Notes under the pieces: generated by a model
Database searches by the model: none
Told to the model about the DNA's origin: nothing
The model's input: the letters and a program-made list of their open reading frames with translations, nothing else
Origin: an uncultured delta proteobacterium
Lineage (GTDB): Bacteria; Myxococcota; Myxococcia; Myxococcales; Anaeromyxobacteraceae
Direction of reading: 5' to 3'
Assembly: GCA_963828255.1 (NCBI GenBank)
Contig: CAWHDZ010000027.1
Coordinates: forward strand, 1-64,000
Length of the DNA: 64,000 bases
Part shown: positions 40,552-50,865 of the stretch, piece by piece
How the letters are laid out: each line of letters begins with the position of its first letter
Numbering within the stretch: position 1 is the stretch's first letter
Translations under genes and position numbers: made by a program

Positions 40552-41574
40552 TTGGCCTCGGCGCGGCGGAAATCGGCGGCGGAAGTGCGGCTCCTCGGGC
40601 TGGCGACCTGGCTCGTGGCGCGCGACGCGCCGGTGACCCGCGAGGAGATCTACGAGGCCTTCCCCGGCGAGTACGTGGGCAGCCCCGCCGCGCGAGAGAA
40701 GAAGTGGACCCGCGACAAGAACGACCTCCACCGCCTCGGGATCCCGCTCATCTTCGAGGAGAACCAGGGCAAGGAGGGCGCCTACCTCCTCGACACGAGC
40801 TCCTGCACGCTTCCGAAGCTGGAATTCACCCCGGACGAGGCGGCGGTGCTCTGGACCGCGGGGCAGGCGGCGCTGCGCACCGACGACCACCCGCTCGCCG
40901 CGGATCTGGAGACGGCGCTCCGCAAGCTCGCCGTGGGCGCGAAGGGGCTGCCGCCGCGGGCCGCGCTCCTCGAGGCCGACTGGGGGGCGACCCCGCCCGC
41001 CGAGCCCGGCAAGTGGCTCGCCCTTCTCGCCGACGTGGTGGAGCGGCGAAAGCGGATCTCCCTCGCCTACCGCAAGACCGACGGGTCGATCACCGAGCGG
41101 CTCGTGGACGTCCTCGGGTACGCCTGGCGCCGCGGCCACTGGATCTTCGTGGGGCACTGCCACCTGCGCGGCGGCCTCCGGATGTTCTACCTCGATCGGG
41201 TCCGATCCATGACGATCACCCCGGCCACGCCCCGGGGCCCCGACTTCGCCGTCCCTGCAGACTTCGACATCCGCGCCTGGTCGCGCCAGGAGACCTGGGA
41301 GTACTTCGACCACGCGCCGCGCGCCGCGCTGGTGCGCTTCAGCGGCTCGCTCTCCCCGCTGGCTCCGAAGCTGCTCCCCCGCGCCACGCTCACCCGCGCG
41401 CCCGACGGCTCGCGCCTCGCCCGGCTCGAGGTCCGCAACTTGCGCGGACTGGTGCGCCAGGCGCTGGCCTGGGGCCCGGAGGCCGAGCTGCTCGAGCCGG
41501 TCGAGGGGCGCGAGATGGCGCGCTCCATCCTGGCTTCCCTCTCGGAGCGGCTGGGGAAGGATCCCGCCCCGTGA
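40552..41574 (+). CDS. wHTH-WYL transcriptional regulator, PafB-like
   Basis: RLLGL..VTREEI..EY..AREKKWTRDKNDL..LGIPL; WIFVGHCHLRGGLRMFYLDRV; WCX-type LAWGPEAELLEP. Start is approximate. Confidence 0.88.
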   Translation: MASARRKSAAEVRLLGLATWLVARDAPVTREEIYEAFPGEYVGSPAAREKKWTRDKNDLHRLGIPLIFEENQGKEGAYLLDTSSCTLPKLEFTPDEAAVLWTAGQAALRTDDHPLAADLETALRKLAVGAKGLPPRAALLEADWGATPPAEPGKWLALLADVVERRKRISLAYRKTDGSITERLVDVLGYAWRRGHWIFVGHCHLRGGLRMFYLDRVRSMTITPATPRGPDFAVPADFDIRAWSRQETWEYFDHAPRAALVRFSGSLSPLAPKLLPRATLTRAPDGSRLARLEVRNLRGLVRQALAWGPEAELLEPVEGREMARSILASLSERLGKDPAP

Positions 41575-42536
41575 CCAGCCCGGTCGGACAGGTCCGCAAG
41601 ATGCTGCTCCTCGTGCCCGAGGCCTGGCGCGCCGGGACGAAGGGGCTCCCGCTCGAGAAGGCGGTCCGCGTCACCGGCGCCCGGAGCGTGAAGGAGATCG
41701 AGCAGATCGTCGGCGCGCTGGGCCAGATGGAGTTCGGCCCTTCCCTCCCGGACACCGCGCTCCTCGTCTCCATCGAGGACGGGCGCGTCTTCGCCGACCG
41801 GGCCCTGCACCTCTCGACGCCGCCCCCGCTCTCGCTGCGCGAGGGGGCCGCGCTCCTGGCCGCGATCCGCCCCTTCGAGAAGAACGCCGGCAAGGCGGTG
41901 GCCAGCGCCGCGCGGAAGCTCAAGGGGGCCGTCCCGGAGCCCTTCCGCAGGACGGTCGAGGCCCTGGCCCGGGCCATGGACTACCCGGTCGATCCGCCCG
42001 GCGAGTGGGCCGACGCCCTCGGCCGGGCCATCGAGGGGCGGCTCGAGATCGCCGTCGACTACCGCGCCGAGGCGTCCGGGACGGTGGCCCGGCGCACGCT
42101 CGAGCCGCGGGCCGTCTTCCACCGGGACGGCCACTGGTACCTGGCCGCCTGGAACGTGGCCAAGGGCGAGGAGCACCTCTACCGGCTCGACCGGTTCGCC
42201 TCGATCGCCCTGGGCACGCGCTTCTTCGGGGATCACAAGGGGCCCCCGCTCGACCGGTTCCGGGCCCGCCACCTCTACTTCCAGTCGGGGGGCGAGCGGG
42301 ACGTCTCGGTGCGGTTCTCCGGCGAGGGGGGCGCGCTCGCGCTGGAGCAGTGGCCCGAGCGGTCCACGGAGAACCCCGACGGCTCGGTGACGGTGAAGGC
42401 CCGGCTCGCGCCCGGGAACTACCTCCTCGGCTGGGTGCTCGGCTACGGCGGGCAGGCCGAGGTGGCCGGGCCACCCGACGTCCGTGAATTGCTCAGGGCC
42501 CGCGTCGCGGAACTCTCCGCCCTGTACGCGGGATAG
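41571..42536 (+). CDS. WYL transcriptional regulator, PafC-like
   Basis: PPLSLREGAALL; WYLAAW..YRLDRF; WVLGYGGQAEVAGP; GTGA-coupled. Confidence 0.88.
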   Translation: MTSPVGQVRKMLLLVPEAWRAGTKGLPLEKAVRVTGARSVKEIEQIVGALGQMEFGPSLPDTALLVSIEDGRVFADRALHLSTPPPLSLREGAALLAAIRPFEKNAGKAVASAARKLKGAVPEPFRRTVEALARAMDYPVDPPGEWADALGRAIEGRLEIAVDYRAEASGTVARRTLEPRAVFHRDGHWYLAAWNVAKGEEHLYRLDRFASIALGTRFFGDHKGPPLDRFRARHLYFQSGGERDVSVRFSGEGGALALEQWPERSTENPDGSVTVKARLAPGNYLLGWVLGYGGQAEVAGPPDVRELLRARVAELSALYAG

Positions 42537-42551
42537 CGGGTCGGCCGCGCC

Positions 42552-43361
42552 ATGCGCCTGCACCTCGTGGACGGGACCTTCGAGCTCTTCCGGGCCCACT
42601 TCTCGAAGCGTCCCGCGCGGCTCTCGGACGACGGGCGGGACGTCAAGGCGACCCTGGGGCTCGTGGACTCGCTGCGCGCGCTCCTCCGCGACCCGGGCGA
42701 GGCGGTCACCCACGTCGCGGTGGCCTTCGACAACCCCGTCCGCTCCTTCCGCAACGACCTCTTCACCGGCTACAAGACCGAGGAGGGCGTTCCCCCCGAG
42801 CTCCTCGCCCAGTTCGACGCCGTCGAGGATGCCGTCCGCGCGCTCGGGGTGACGGTCTGGTCGATGCGGGAGTTCGAGGCCGACGACGCGCTGGCGACGG
42901 CCGCCTTCCGGTTCCGCGACCAGGTGGATCAGGTCCGCATCCTCACGCCGGACAAGGACCTGGGCCAGTGCATCTCCGGCCGCCGGGTGGTGCAGGTGGA
43001 CCGGATCCGCGCGAGGGAGATCGACGAGGAGGCCCTGCGGGCGCGGCGCGGCGTCGGGCCGGAGAGCATCCCCGACCTCCTGGCGCTGGTGGGGGACGCG
43101 GCCGACGGGATCCCGGGCATGCCGGGCTTCGGCGAGAAGACCGCGGCGGCGCTCCTGGCGCGCCACATTCACCTGGAGTCAATACCGGAGGACCCGGCGC
43201 TCTGGCCGCCCGGGATCCGCGGCGCCGCGCAGAAGGCCTCCGTCCTCGCCTCCGGCCGCGAGAACGCCCTGCTCTACCGGCGGCTCGCCACGCTGGCGCG
43301 CGACGTGCCCCTCGCGGAGACCCTCGAGGATCTCCGGCTGCCGCCCACCCGTCCTGTCTAG
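42552..43361 (+). CDS. Stand-alone 5'-3' exonuclease / flap endonuclease
   Basis: LVDGTFELFRAHF, SFRNDL..YK, EADD, DKDL and H3TH motif LVGDAADGIPGMPGFGEKTA. Confidence 0.93.
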   Translation: MRLHLVDGTFELFRAHFSKRPARLSDDGRDVKATLGLVDSLRALLRDPGEAVTHVAVAFDNPVRSFRNDLFTGYKTEEGVPPELLAQFDAVEDAVRALGVTVWSMREFEADDALATAAFRFRDQVDQVRILTPDKDLGQCISGRRVVQVDRIRAREIDEEALRARRGVGPESIPDLLALVGDAADGIPGMPGFGEKTAAALLARHIHLESIPEDPALWPPGIRGAAQKASVLASGRENALLYRRLATLARDVPLAETLEDLRLPPTRPV

Positions 43362-43450
43362 CCTGCGCACGGCCCAGGCGCAGGCCGGTTCGCGGGGGGC
43401 GCGTCATCGGGCGTGCGGAGAGGCGGGCCCGGCGATAACGATCCCCCGAC

Positions 43451-44635
43451 ATGCGCTGGGTCTCCGCCCTCTCCCGCCGAGCCGACCTCGCCGGCGCCTT
43501 CGCCGAGGCATCCGCCGCGGTGGAGGCCGGCCTGGGCGACCGGCCCCCGGACCTGCTCCTCGCCTTCGCCTCCCCCCACCACGCGCAGGACCTCGAGGCC
43601 CTCCCCGCACTGGCCGGCTCGCGTCACCCGGGGGCGCTCCTCGTCGGCTGCACCGGCAGCGGCGTCATCGGAGGCGCCCGCGAGGCCGAGGAGGGCCCGG
43701 CGCTCTCCCTCACCGGCGCCTGGCTCCCCGGCGTCGCCTGCAACGGCTTCCACGTGGAGGTGACCTCGCTCCCCGACCCGGACACCGGCGCCGCCTCCTG
43801 GCACGACCTGGCCGGGGTCGGACCGCGCGCCCGGCCCAAGTTCCTCCTGCTGGCCGATCCCTTCACGCTCGACTCCGACGTCCTGGTGCGCGGACTCGAC
43901 CGGGCCTTCCCGCGCGCGCCCAAGTTCGGCGGGCTGGCCAGCGGCGGCCGGGCCCCCGGCGAGCACCGGCTCCTTCTCGGCGACGAGGTCCACCGGGGCG
44001 GCGCGGTGGGCGTGGCCTTCACCGGAGATCTCGAGGTGGACACCCTCATCGCCCAGGGCTGCCGGCCCATCGGCAGCCCCATGCTCGTCACCCGCTGCCG
44101 CGGCGGCACGCTCCTCGAGCTCGACCGCGGCAAGCCGCTCGAGGTGCTTGCCGAGATCTACGGCGAGCTCGACCCGCGCGACCGCGAGCTCATGCGCCAC
44201 TCCCTCTTCCTCGGGCTCGACATGCGCGAGGAACGGGTCGAGTACGATCCCGGCGAGCTTCTCGTCCGAAACATCGTCGGCGCCGACCCGGAGAGCGGCG
44301 CCCTCTCGGTGGGCGAGGAGCTGCACCCGGTCCAGGCCGTCCAGTTCGTCCTGCGCGACGCCGCGTCGGCCGAAGGGGAACTCCGCAGGATGCTCGAGGT
44401 CCGCCGGGACACCGGCGCTCCCCGGCCGGACGGTGCGCTCCTCTTCTCCTGCACCGGGCGGGGGTCCGGGCTCTTCGGACGGCCCGACCACGATACCGGC
44501 CTCTTCGAGGAGGTGCTGGGGCCCTCCGCGCTGGGCGGCTTCTTCTGCAACGGGGAGATCGGCCCGGTGGGCGGGACCACCTTCCTGCACGGCTACACGA
44601 GCGCCTTCGCCCTCTTCCGCGGAGTGAAGCGGTAG
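43451..44635 (+). CDS. FIST (NosP-like) signal transduction protein
   Basis: GCTGSGVIG..EAE, GGLASG, AQGCRPIG, FSCTGRG and GFFCNGEIGP..LHGYT motifs. Confidence 0.92.
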   Translation: MRWVSALSRRADLAGAFAEASAAVEAGLGDRPPDLLLAFASPHHAQDLEALPALAGSRHPGALLVGCTGSGVIGGAREAEEGPALSLTGAWLPGVACNGFHVEVTSLPDPDTGAASWHDLAGVGPRARPKFLLLADPFTLDSDVLVRGLDRAFPRAPKFGGLASGGRAPGEHRLLLGDEVHRGGAVGVAFTGDLEVDTLIAQGCRPIGSPMLVTRCRGGTLLELDRGKPLEVLAEIYGELDPRDRELMRHSLFLGLDMREERVEYDPGELLVRNIVGADPESGALSVGEELHPVQAVQFVLRDAASAEGELRRMLEVRRDTGAPRPDGALLFSCTGRGSGLFGRPDHDTGLFEEVLGPSALGGFFCNGEIGPVGGTTFLHGYTSAFALFRGVKR

Positions 44636-44645
44636 GCCGTCCCCG

Positions 44646-47254
44646 TCATGGACCGAGGAGGTACTTTCCGAGAGCCACGTCGTGGGCCAGGACGTGGTAG
44701 CGGAACCACTCCGGGAGCCGGCTGGTCGCCCACCGGACGAACCCTGACGTGAGCCCGTTCCGTTCCAGCTCCGCCTGGAACCGCTTGGCGTCCGCCACGA
44801 AGAGGATGTGGGCCTCCTCGTGCCGGGCCCGGGACGGGTAGGCCCGCTTCCGCATGAGCGCGTTCTCGTGCTCGAAGTGCGCGGCGACGGCCTCGATCAG
44901 GCCGGCCATGACCGGGACCACCTTCGCGGCGTTCCCTCCCTGCAGGAGCTCGACGAACGAACGGAGGGCCTCGGCGAGCTCCCGGTGCTCGGCGTCGATG
45001 GGCCCGTACCCGGTGTCCATGTAGAGCGGCCTGCCGTCGCCGCGGCCGTCATCCTTCCCCTGCGCCTCCGCGGCAGCCACCACGTCCATGTCCACCCAGG
45101 CCTCGGCGCAGCGCACCCGGTTGCGCCCTCCGCTCTTCGCCTGGTAGAGCGCCTCGTCGGCCCGCCGGACCATGCTCTCCACGGTGTCGTCCGGGCGCAT
45201 CTCGGCGACGCCGAAGCTGGCCGTGATGGCGTCCACCGGCCCGAGGTGGGTCACCTCCAGGAGGGCCCGCAGCTTCTCGGCGAGACGGGTCGCGCCGGCG
45301 GCGTCGGTCACCGACGCGATCACGGCGAACTCCTCGCCGCCCCAGCGGGCCACGAAGTCCGACTCGCGGACCCGCGCCGAGAGCATGCGTGCCGCCCCGA
45401 CGAGCACCTTGTCGCCCACCTGGTGGCCAAATCAATCGTTCACCCGCTTGAAGTTGTCGAGGTCCACGAGGACCATGGCGAGCGGGTGGCGGAAGCGCCG
45501 GGCCCGCGCGAACTCGCGGGCGATCGCCTCGTTGAAGCCCTGGCGGTTCGCGATCCCGGTCAGCGCGTCGGTGTCGGCGCGCCTGGCCATCTCGCGGGCC
45601 CTGCCCTCGGTCTCCTTCTGCTTCTCGGCGAGCTGCGACTCGGCGCCCAGCTGCCGCTGCAGGATCAGGAAGGAGGCCACGATCACCAGGCTGAGGAGGA
45701 GCGTGATGAGGATGCCGAGCAGCCGGTTGGTCCCCCGGAGCATCTCCTTCTTGACGGCGACGACCGACCAGTCGAGGGAGGGCAGGGGCAGGCGCACCGC
45801 CACGTGGCGCACGCCGTCGATGCGGACCCAGCTGGTCCCGGCCGGCTCCAGGGCGAGGAGCGGCCTCGTGCCGGCCCCGGCCGGTCCATCCGCCGGGCCG
45901 GCGCCCGGCCACAAGGGCCGGCGCCCCAGCCCCCCGGCCCCGGCCACGAGCACCCGCCCGTCGTTGCCCACCAGGAAGGAGGTCCCGGTCCCCAGCGGCC
46001 CGAACGACTTCACGGAAAGTACGTGCTTCACCACCGCGACCCCCACGACCGTCCCTTCCCCGTCCCGCACCGGCTCGCTCGCGTAGTAGCCCGCCTTCCC
46101 GCTCGTCAGCCCCTTCCCGACGAACCGGCCCGGGGTTCCGGCCAGCGCGTCCCTGAAGTACGGGCGGGCCGCGTAGCTCTGCCCCAGGAAGGAGTCGGGA
46201 CGCCGGCGGTTCGACGCCGCCACGGTCTTCCCGGTCGTGTCGAGCAGGTAGGCGACGTGCTCCTCGGTCGGACCGGCGACCGAGTCCACGACGTCGTCGA
46301 GCCGGGGCAATCCCCCCGGGCGATGGCGCCGGCGAGATCGAACCGGGCGATGAACCTCACGGCGGTCCGGGCGGCGTCGCCCGTCGCCTCCATCTCCATG
46401 ACCAGGTGATCCTGGACCTGGGCGGCGTCGGCCTCGGCGTCGGCCGCCAGGTCCAGGTCGTGCTGGCGCCCGAGCTCGTTCGTGAAGGCCCAGCCCCCCC
46501 CGAGGACGATGATCAGCGTGACCGCAGCGAGCCAGAAGAAGCGCCAGCGCTTGCGGACGACGCGACCCTGGGTGTCGAGCGAGGTCGCGAAGGCCCAGAC
46601 GCCGAGCGCCGCTCCGCCGACCGCCGTGGCGCGCAGGAGCTGGACCGGGACACCGGTGACCCTGAAGAACGCGTCGACGGTCGGCCAGCCGTGGGGAACG
46701 AGCGGCGCGGCCGGGAGCACGAGGCCCGCCGCGATGCCGTATCCGGCCATGCAGAATCCCGCCCAGGCCAGCGCACCTCGGGCCTCGCTCCCGGACGCCC
46801 CCTTGCGCCGGGAGGCCCTGGCCAGCGTGGCCCCCGCCCAGAAGGTCGCCGGGATGGCGAGGAAGACCCGGGTCGCCGCGTCGAGGTTCTCGATCCCCCA
46901 GAGGAGCGCGACGCCGACCGGCAACGCTCCGGCCACCCAGGTGAGCCAGCGGCCCGGCCCGGATCCCGCGATCAGGGCGTGGGCCCGCCGGGCGAACTCG
47001 AAAAGCAGAAGGTAGCTCCCGAGCAGGAGCAGCGTCACCACGAACGCGAGCGCCGGGCGGTCCCCGCTCGAGAGCTCGGCGAGGTGCAGCCACTCGACGA
47101 TCCCGTGGGCATAGGCGAATGCCGCAAACCAGCCCCAGGGGAGACGGTCGGGATCGGAACGCGAGATGGAGGTCGCCACCGAGCCCAGCAGGATGAGGGC
47201 GAGCCCGTAGGCGAAGTAGACGAAGTCGAGCTGGGATGTGAGGAACTCGGCCAT
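44646..47254 (-). pseudogene. Multi-TM/Cache-GGDEF-hemerythrin diguanylate cyclase, disrupted
   Basis: Frameshift at or next to a 6-nt G run (46312-46317) and an in-frame TGA at 45432-45434 in KRVND*FGH. GGEEF motif and C-terminal hemerythrin are intact. Confidence 0.85.
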
Positions 47255-47418
47255 CGCGGACCCGGCTGGTGCACGCCCCGGACTCGGGCAACTGCACCTG
47301 CATCGTCGGCCCTATCTTGGGGACTTCAAAGCAATTTCCCGCTTCAGTCGGTTCCCTCCACGACCCGGAGCCGTGGCGACCATTGGCTCCACCCACCCAC
47401 CGCGCCGCACAGCGGGCC

Positions 47419-47559
47419 ATGACAGCGCCCATCGCGACATGGATCCATCGGGCCATGACCTCCATGTTCATCTTCACCGGTGGTGCAGTCGGCGTCCTTC
47501 TCGTCTCCTTCATCGTGGCCGAGGTGCGGGACGCGGCCCGCACGCGCCGCTTCCGCTGA
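47419..47559 (+). CDS. Small single-TM hypothetical protein
   Basis: Hydrophobic FIFTGGAVGVLLVSFIVA followed by a basic tail. Confidence 0.35.
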   Translation: MTAPIATWIHRAMTSMFIFTGGAVGVLLVSFIVAEVRDAARTRRFR

Positions 47560-47576
47560 GAGGCCCGGGAGACGGC

Positions 47577-49079
47577 CTACCCGCTGGTCGGCATGGCCAG
47601 CGTGGGGCGGCTCCCCTCCCCGGTCGAGGGCCACCGGCTCGTGACCGCCTTGGTGCGCGTGTAGAACTTCACGCCCTCCATGCCGTGGACATGAAGGTCG
47701 CCGAAGAGCGACTGCTTCCAGCCGCCGAACGAGAAGAAGGCCATGGGCACGGGGATGGCGACGTTCACGCCCACCATCCCCACCTGGACCTCGTGCTCGA
47801 AGCGCTGGGCCGCGGCGCCCGAGCCGGTGAAGATGGCCGTCCCGTTGCCGTGCGGGTTCCGGTTCACGAGCCCGATGGCCTCGTCGAGGGTGGTCGCCCG
47901 CACCACCACCAGAACCGGACCGAAGATCTCCTCCCGGTACACGGTCATCGCCGGGGTGACGTGGTCGAGCAGCGTGGGGCCGAGGAAGAAGCCCCCCTCC
48001 CCGCCCGGCACGCGCAGCGCGCGCCCGTCGAGGACGGCCTGGGCGCCCTCCGCCACACCCGCGGCGACGATCCCGCGGATGCGCTCCCGGTGCCCGGCGG
48101 TGACGAGCGGCCCCATCTCCACGCCGGCCTGGGTGCCCGGTCCCACGCGCAGCGCCGCCGCCTTCTCCCGCAGCCGGGCCACGAGCGGCCCGGCGACGTC
48201 GCCCACCGCGACCACCACCGAGATGGCCATGCAACGCTCGCCGGCCGAGCCGTAGCCCGCGCCGATGAGCGCGTCCGCCGTGAACTCCAGCTCGGCGTCC
48301 GGGAGGACCACCGCGTGGTTCTTGGCGCCCCCCAGCGCCTGCACCCGCTTCCCGGTGCGCGCCGCCGTCTCGTAGACGTGCCTGGCGATGGGCGTCGAGC
48401 CGACGAAGGAGACCGCGTTCACGTCGGGGTGGGCGAGGATGGCGCCGACCGCCTCCGCGTCGCCCGGCACGACGTTGAGGACGCCCTCCGGCAGCCCGGC
48501 CTCGTGGAAGATGCGGGCCATGGCGAGCGCCGTGGACGGGACCTTCTCCGAGGGCTTCAGCACGAAGGTGTTGCCGCAGGCGATGGCCACCGGGAACATC
48601 CAGAGGGGCACCATGGCCGGGAAGTTGAAGGGGGTGATGCCGGCGCAGACGCCCACCGGCTGCAACACGGAGTGTGAATCGACCCCCCGCGCCACGTCCT
48701 CGGCCCACTCTCCCTTGAGGAGGTGGGGCGCCCCGCTCGCGAACTCCACCACCTCGATGCCGCGCTGGACCGACCCGGCCGCGTCGGGGAGCGTCTTGCC
48801 GTGCTCCTGGGTCACGAGGCGGGCCAGCTCGTCCCGGTTGGCCTCGAGCAGCTCGCGGAAGCGCGCCAGGATCCGGGCGCGCCGGAGCGGCGGGGTGTCG
48901 CGCCAGCCGGGGAGCGCCGCCCGGGCCGCCGCCACCGCCAGTCCGACCTCGGCGACGCTCGCGAAGGGGGCGCGCCGGGTCACCTGGCCGGTGGACGGGT
49001 CGAAGACCTCGCCGCTTCGGCCGCTCTGCGAGGGGACTTCCTTGCCACCGATCCAGAGGGGGAGGACGGGCACGGTCAT
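47577..49079 (-). CDS. mmsA: CoA-acylating (methyl)malonate-semialdehyde dehydrogenase
   Basis: GITPFNFPAMVPLWMFP, RVQALGGAKNH, GSAGERCMA and FSFGGWKQSLFGD motifs. Confidence 0.95.
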   Translation of the reverse strand: MTVPVLPLWIGGKEVPSQSGRSGEVFDPSTGQVTRRAPFASVAEVGLAVAAARAALPGWRDTPPLRRARILARFRELLEANRDELARLVTQEHGKTLPDAAGSVQRGIEVVEFASGAPHLLKGEWAEDVARGVDSHSVLQPVGVCAGITPFNFPAMVPLWMFPVAIACGNTFVLKPSEKVPSTALAMARIFHEAGLPEGVLNVVPGDAEAVGAILAHPDVNAVSFVGSTPIARHVYETAARTGKRVQALGGAKNHAVVLPDAELEFTADALIGAGYGSAGERCMAISVVVAVGDVAGPLVARLREKAAALRVGPGTQAGVEMGPLVTAGHRERIRGIVAAGVAEGAQAVLDGRALRVPGGEGGFFLGPTLLDHVTPAMTVYREEIFGPVLVVVRATTLDEAIGLVNRNPHGNGTAIFTGSGAAAQRFEHEVQVGMVGVNVAIPVPMAFFSFGGWKQSLFGDLHVHGMEGVKFYTRTKAVTSRWPSTGEGSRPTLAMPTSG

Positions 49080-49118
49080 GGGACCGACATCCTAGCGCAG
49101 GCGCGCTATCCTCCGGCG

Positions 49119-49562
49119 GTGACCGACACCGCACGCCGCATCCCGCACGTCTTCCCCCGCAGCGAGCTGGCCTGGCTGCTCGCCCCCACCTACGCCGACT
49201 CGCTCGCCGTGGACGAGGAGATCGCCGTCGAGCGGCTCGGGCGCGCGCTCCAGAACCCGGAGATCCTGGCCGGGCTCCACGCGGCGCTCGCCGCCGCCCT
49301 GGAGGACACGCGGGGCCCCCGGACCGACTCCGAGGCCCAGATCGACCGGATCTCGAAGCGGCTCCAGACCCGCCGTTCCCGGGTCAAGCCGGCCGCCTCC
49401 ACGCCGGCGGTCTCTGCGGTCATGATCTGGCTGAACCTCGCCATCGGGATGGCGCCCGAGTCGATGCGGGAAACCCTCTCGACCGGCAAGGGCGCGGCCA
49501 TGCTCGCGACCGGCCTCCGCGAGGTGGCCGCGAGCATGGTGAAGGATTTGTCGCGCGGCTGA
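49119..49562 (+). CDS. Hypothetical protein
   Basis: GC3-rich ORF that fills the gap between the divergent and convergent neighbours. Confidence 0.65.
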   Translation: MTDTARRIPHVFPRSELAWLLAPTYADSLAVDEEIAVERLGRALQNPEILAGLHAALAAALEDTRGPRTDSEAQIDRISKRLQTRRSRVKPAASTPAVSAVMIWLNLAIGMAPESMRETLSTGKGAAMLATGLREVAASMVKDLSRG

Positions 49563-49590
49563 GCGCGGGAGGACCGGGCGCGGAGGCCGG

Positions 49591-50091
49591 CTACCCGACC
49601 TTCACGTACTTGCTCCGCGGCGCCCCGCAGATGGGGCACTTCTCCGGCGGCTCCCCGAACTCGACGTCGCCGCAGGCCGGGCAGAGGTAGACGTCCATCC
49701 TCGAGAGGTCCTTGCCGGACTCGAGCGCCGCGAGCGCCTCGGCGAAGAGCCGGGCGTGGACCTTCTCCGCCTCGTTGGCGAACCCGAGCATGGTCCTGGC
49801 CCGGTGCCCCTCTGCCTTGGCCTGCTCCACCATGGGCGGGTACATCTCGGTGTACTCGTAGGTCTCTCCGGCCACGGCGGCCTTCAAATTCTCGAGCGTG
49901 GTTCCCACGCCGCCCATGTTGCGCAGGTGGGCGTGGGCGTGGATGGTCTCGGCGTCGGCCGCGGCGCGGAAGAGCCGGGCGATCTGCCCGTAGCCCTCCT
50001 TCTCGGCGGCCTGTGCGAAGGCGAGGTACTTGCGGTTGGCCTGGCTCTCGCCGGCGAACGCGACGGCGAGGTTCTCCTGGGTGGTGGGCAT
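49591..50091 (-). CDS. rbr: Rubrerythrin
   Basis: AFAGESQANRKY, ETIHA, GETYEY, EKVH and C-terminal CPACG..CPICG. Confidence 0.95.
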   Translation of the reverse strand: MPTTQENLAVAFAGESQANRKYLAFAQAAEKEGYGQIARLFRAAADAETIHAHAHLRNMGGVGTTLENLKAAVAGETYEYTEMYPPMVEQAKAEGHRARTMLGFANEAEKVHARLFAEALAALESGKDLSRMDVYLCPACGDVEFGEPPEKCPICGAPRSKYVKVG

Positions 50092-50156
50092 GCAGCGACC
50101 TCTACCGTTCCCGGCAGAGGCCGCCCATGATCCCGGTCATTTCACCGCAACTGCCA

Positions 50157-50855
50157 TCAGGTCCGGAGGAAGCTCCGCGAGAGGGCCTTCCACTGTGCGT
50201 CGGTGAGGAGCGTGTCCGGTGAACCGACGAGCTCGCCGCCGTCCGCGGCCGCCATGCCCAGCTGGTCCTCGTAGAACCGCGTCAGCCGCTCCCCCTCCGC
50301 GCGCAGCCAGCTGCGGGCCCGCTCCCCGGCCGGGAGGGACTTCCACTCCAGGCCGATCGGCTCGATGGCGAAGAGCCACCCGTTGCCGTAGTTCTCGCTC
50401 TTGGCCAGGGTGGGCTCCCGGAGCACCTCCGGGTTCACCGCCACGATGCGCCCGGAGGCGGGCGCCGCCACCTGCACCTCGCGGTCGCCGCAGGAGAGCG
50501 TCGCCACCGGCTCCCCTTCCTTCACGAACTGCCCGGTCCGGGGCATCTCCACGGCCACGGTCCAGGGGAGGATGCGCTGGGCCAGGTCGTCGAGCCCGAC
50601 CTTGAGGGAGCCGCCCTCCGACTTCACCCAGGTGTGGCCCGGGGAGTAGGCGAGCCCACCGCGGAAGCGCAGGCTGCCCGCCGAGCGGTAGCCCTGCATC
50701 CACATCCGCACCGCGCCGAAGACCTTCCCGGCGCCCAGCACGAGCATCACGGGCGCCAGCAGCACGAGGGCGATGACGACCACGAGGCCGAGGCGGGTGG
50801 CCAGGCCGGCCAGGAAGACTCCAACGGTGGTCAGGGTGTCGATGAAGGCGGTCAT
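50157..50855 (-). CDS. Membrane-anchored glycine cleavage H-like protein
   Basis: N-terminal TM; GHTWV..VGLDDLAQ, APASGRIVAVN and YGNGWL motifs; no ESxK lipoyl motif. Confidence 0.85.
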   Translation of the reverse strand: MTAFIDTLTTVGVFLAGLATRLGLVVVIALVLLAPVMLVLGAGKVFGAVRMWMQGYRSAGSLRFRGGLAYSPGHTWVKSEGGSLKVGLDDLAQRILPWTVAVEMPRTGQFVKEGEPVATLSCGDREVQVAAPASGRIVAVNPEVLREPTLAKSENYGNGWLFAIEPIGLEWKSLPAGERARSWLRAEGERLTRFYEDQLGMAAADGGELVGSPDTLLTDAQWKALSRSFLRT

Positions 50856-50865
50856 GGCGGTCTCC

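Noticed and set aside
40552..42536. WYL genes as markers of a CRISPR or defence island
   Set aside because: There are no cas, restriction or other defence genes or repeat arrays nearby, and the architecture fits PafBC-like regulators.
45432..45434. In-frame TGA as selenocysteine or programmed readthrough
   Set aside because: The position is not a Cys site in GGDEF domains, I saw no clear SECIS, and the gene carries a second lesion.
47413..47459. Direct repeat CGGGCCATGAC (two copies)
   Set aside because: Only two short copies, with no array structure or associated mobile or cas genes.
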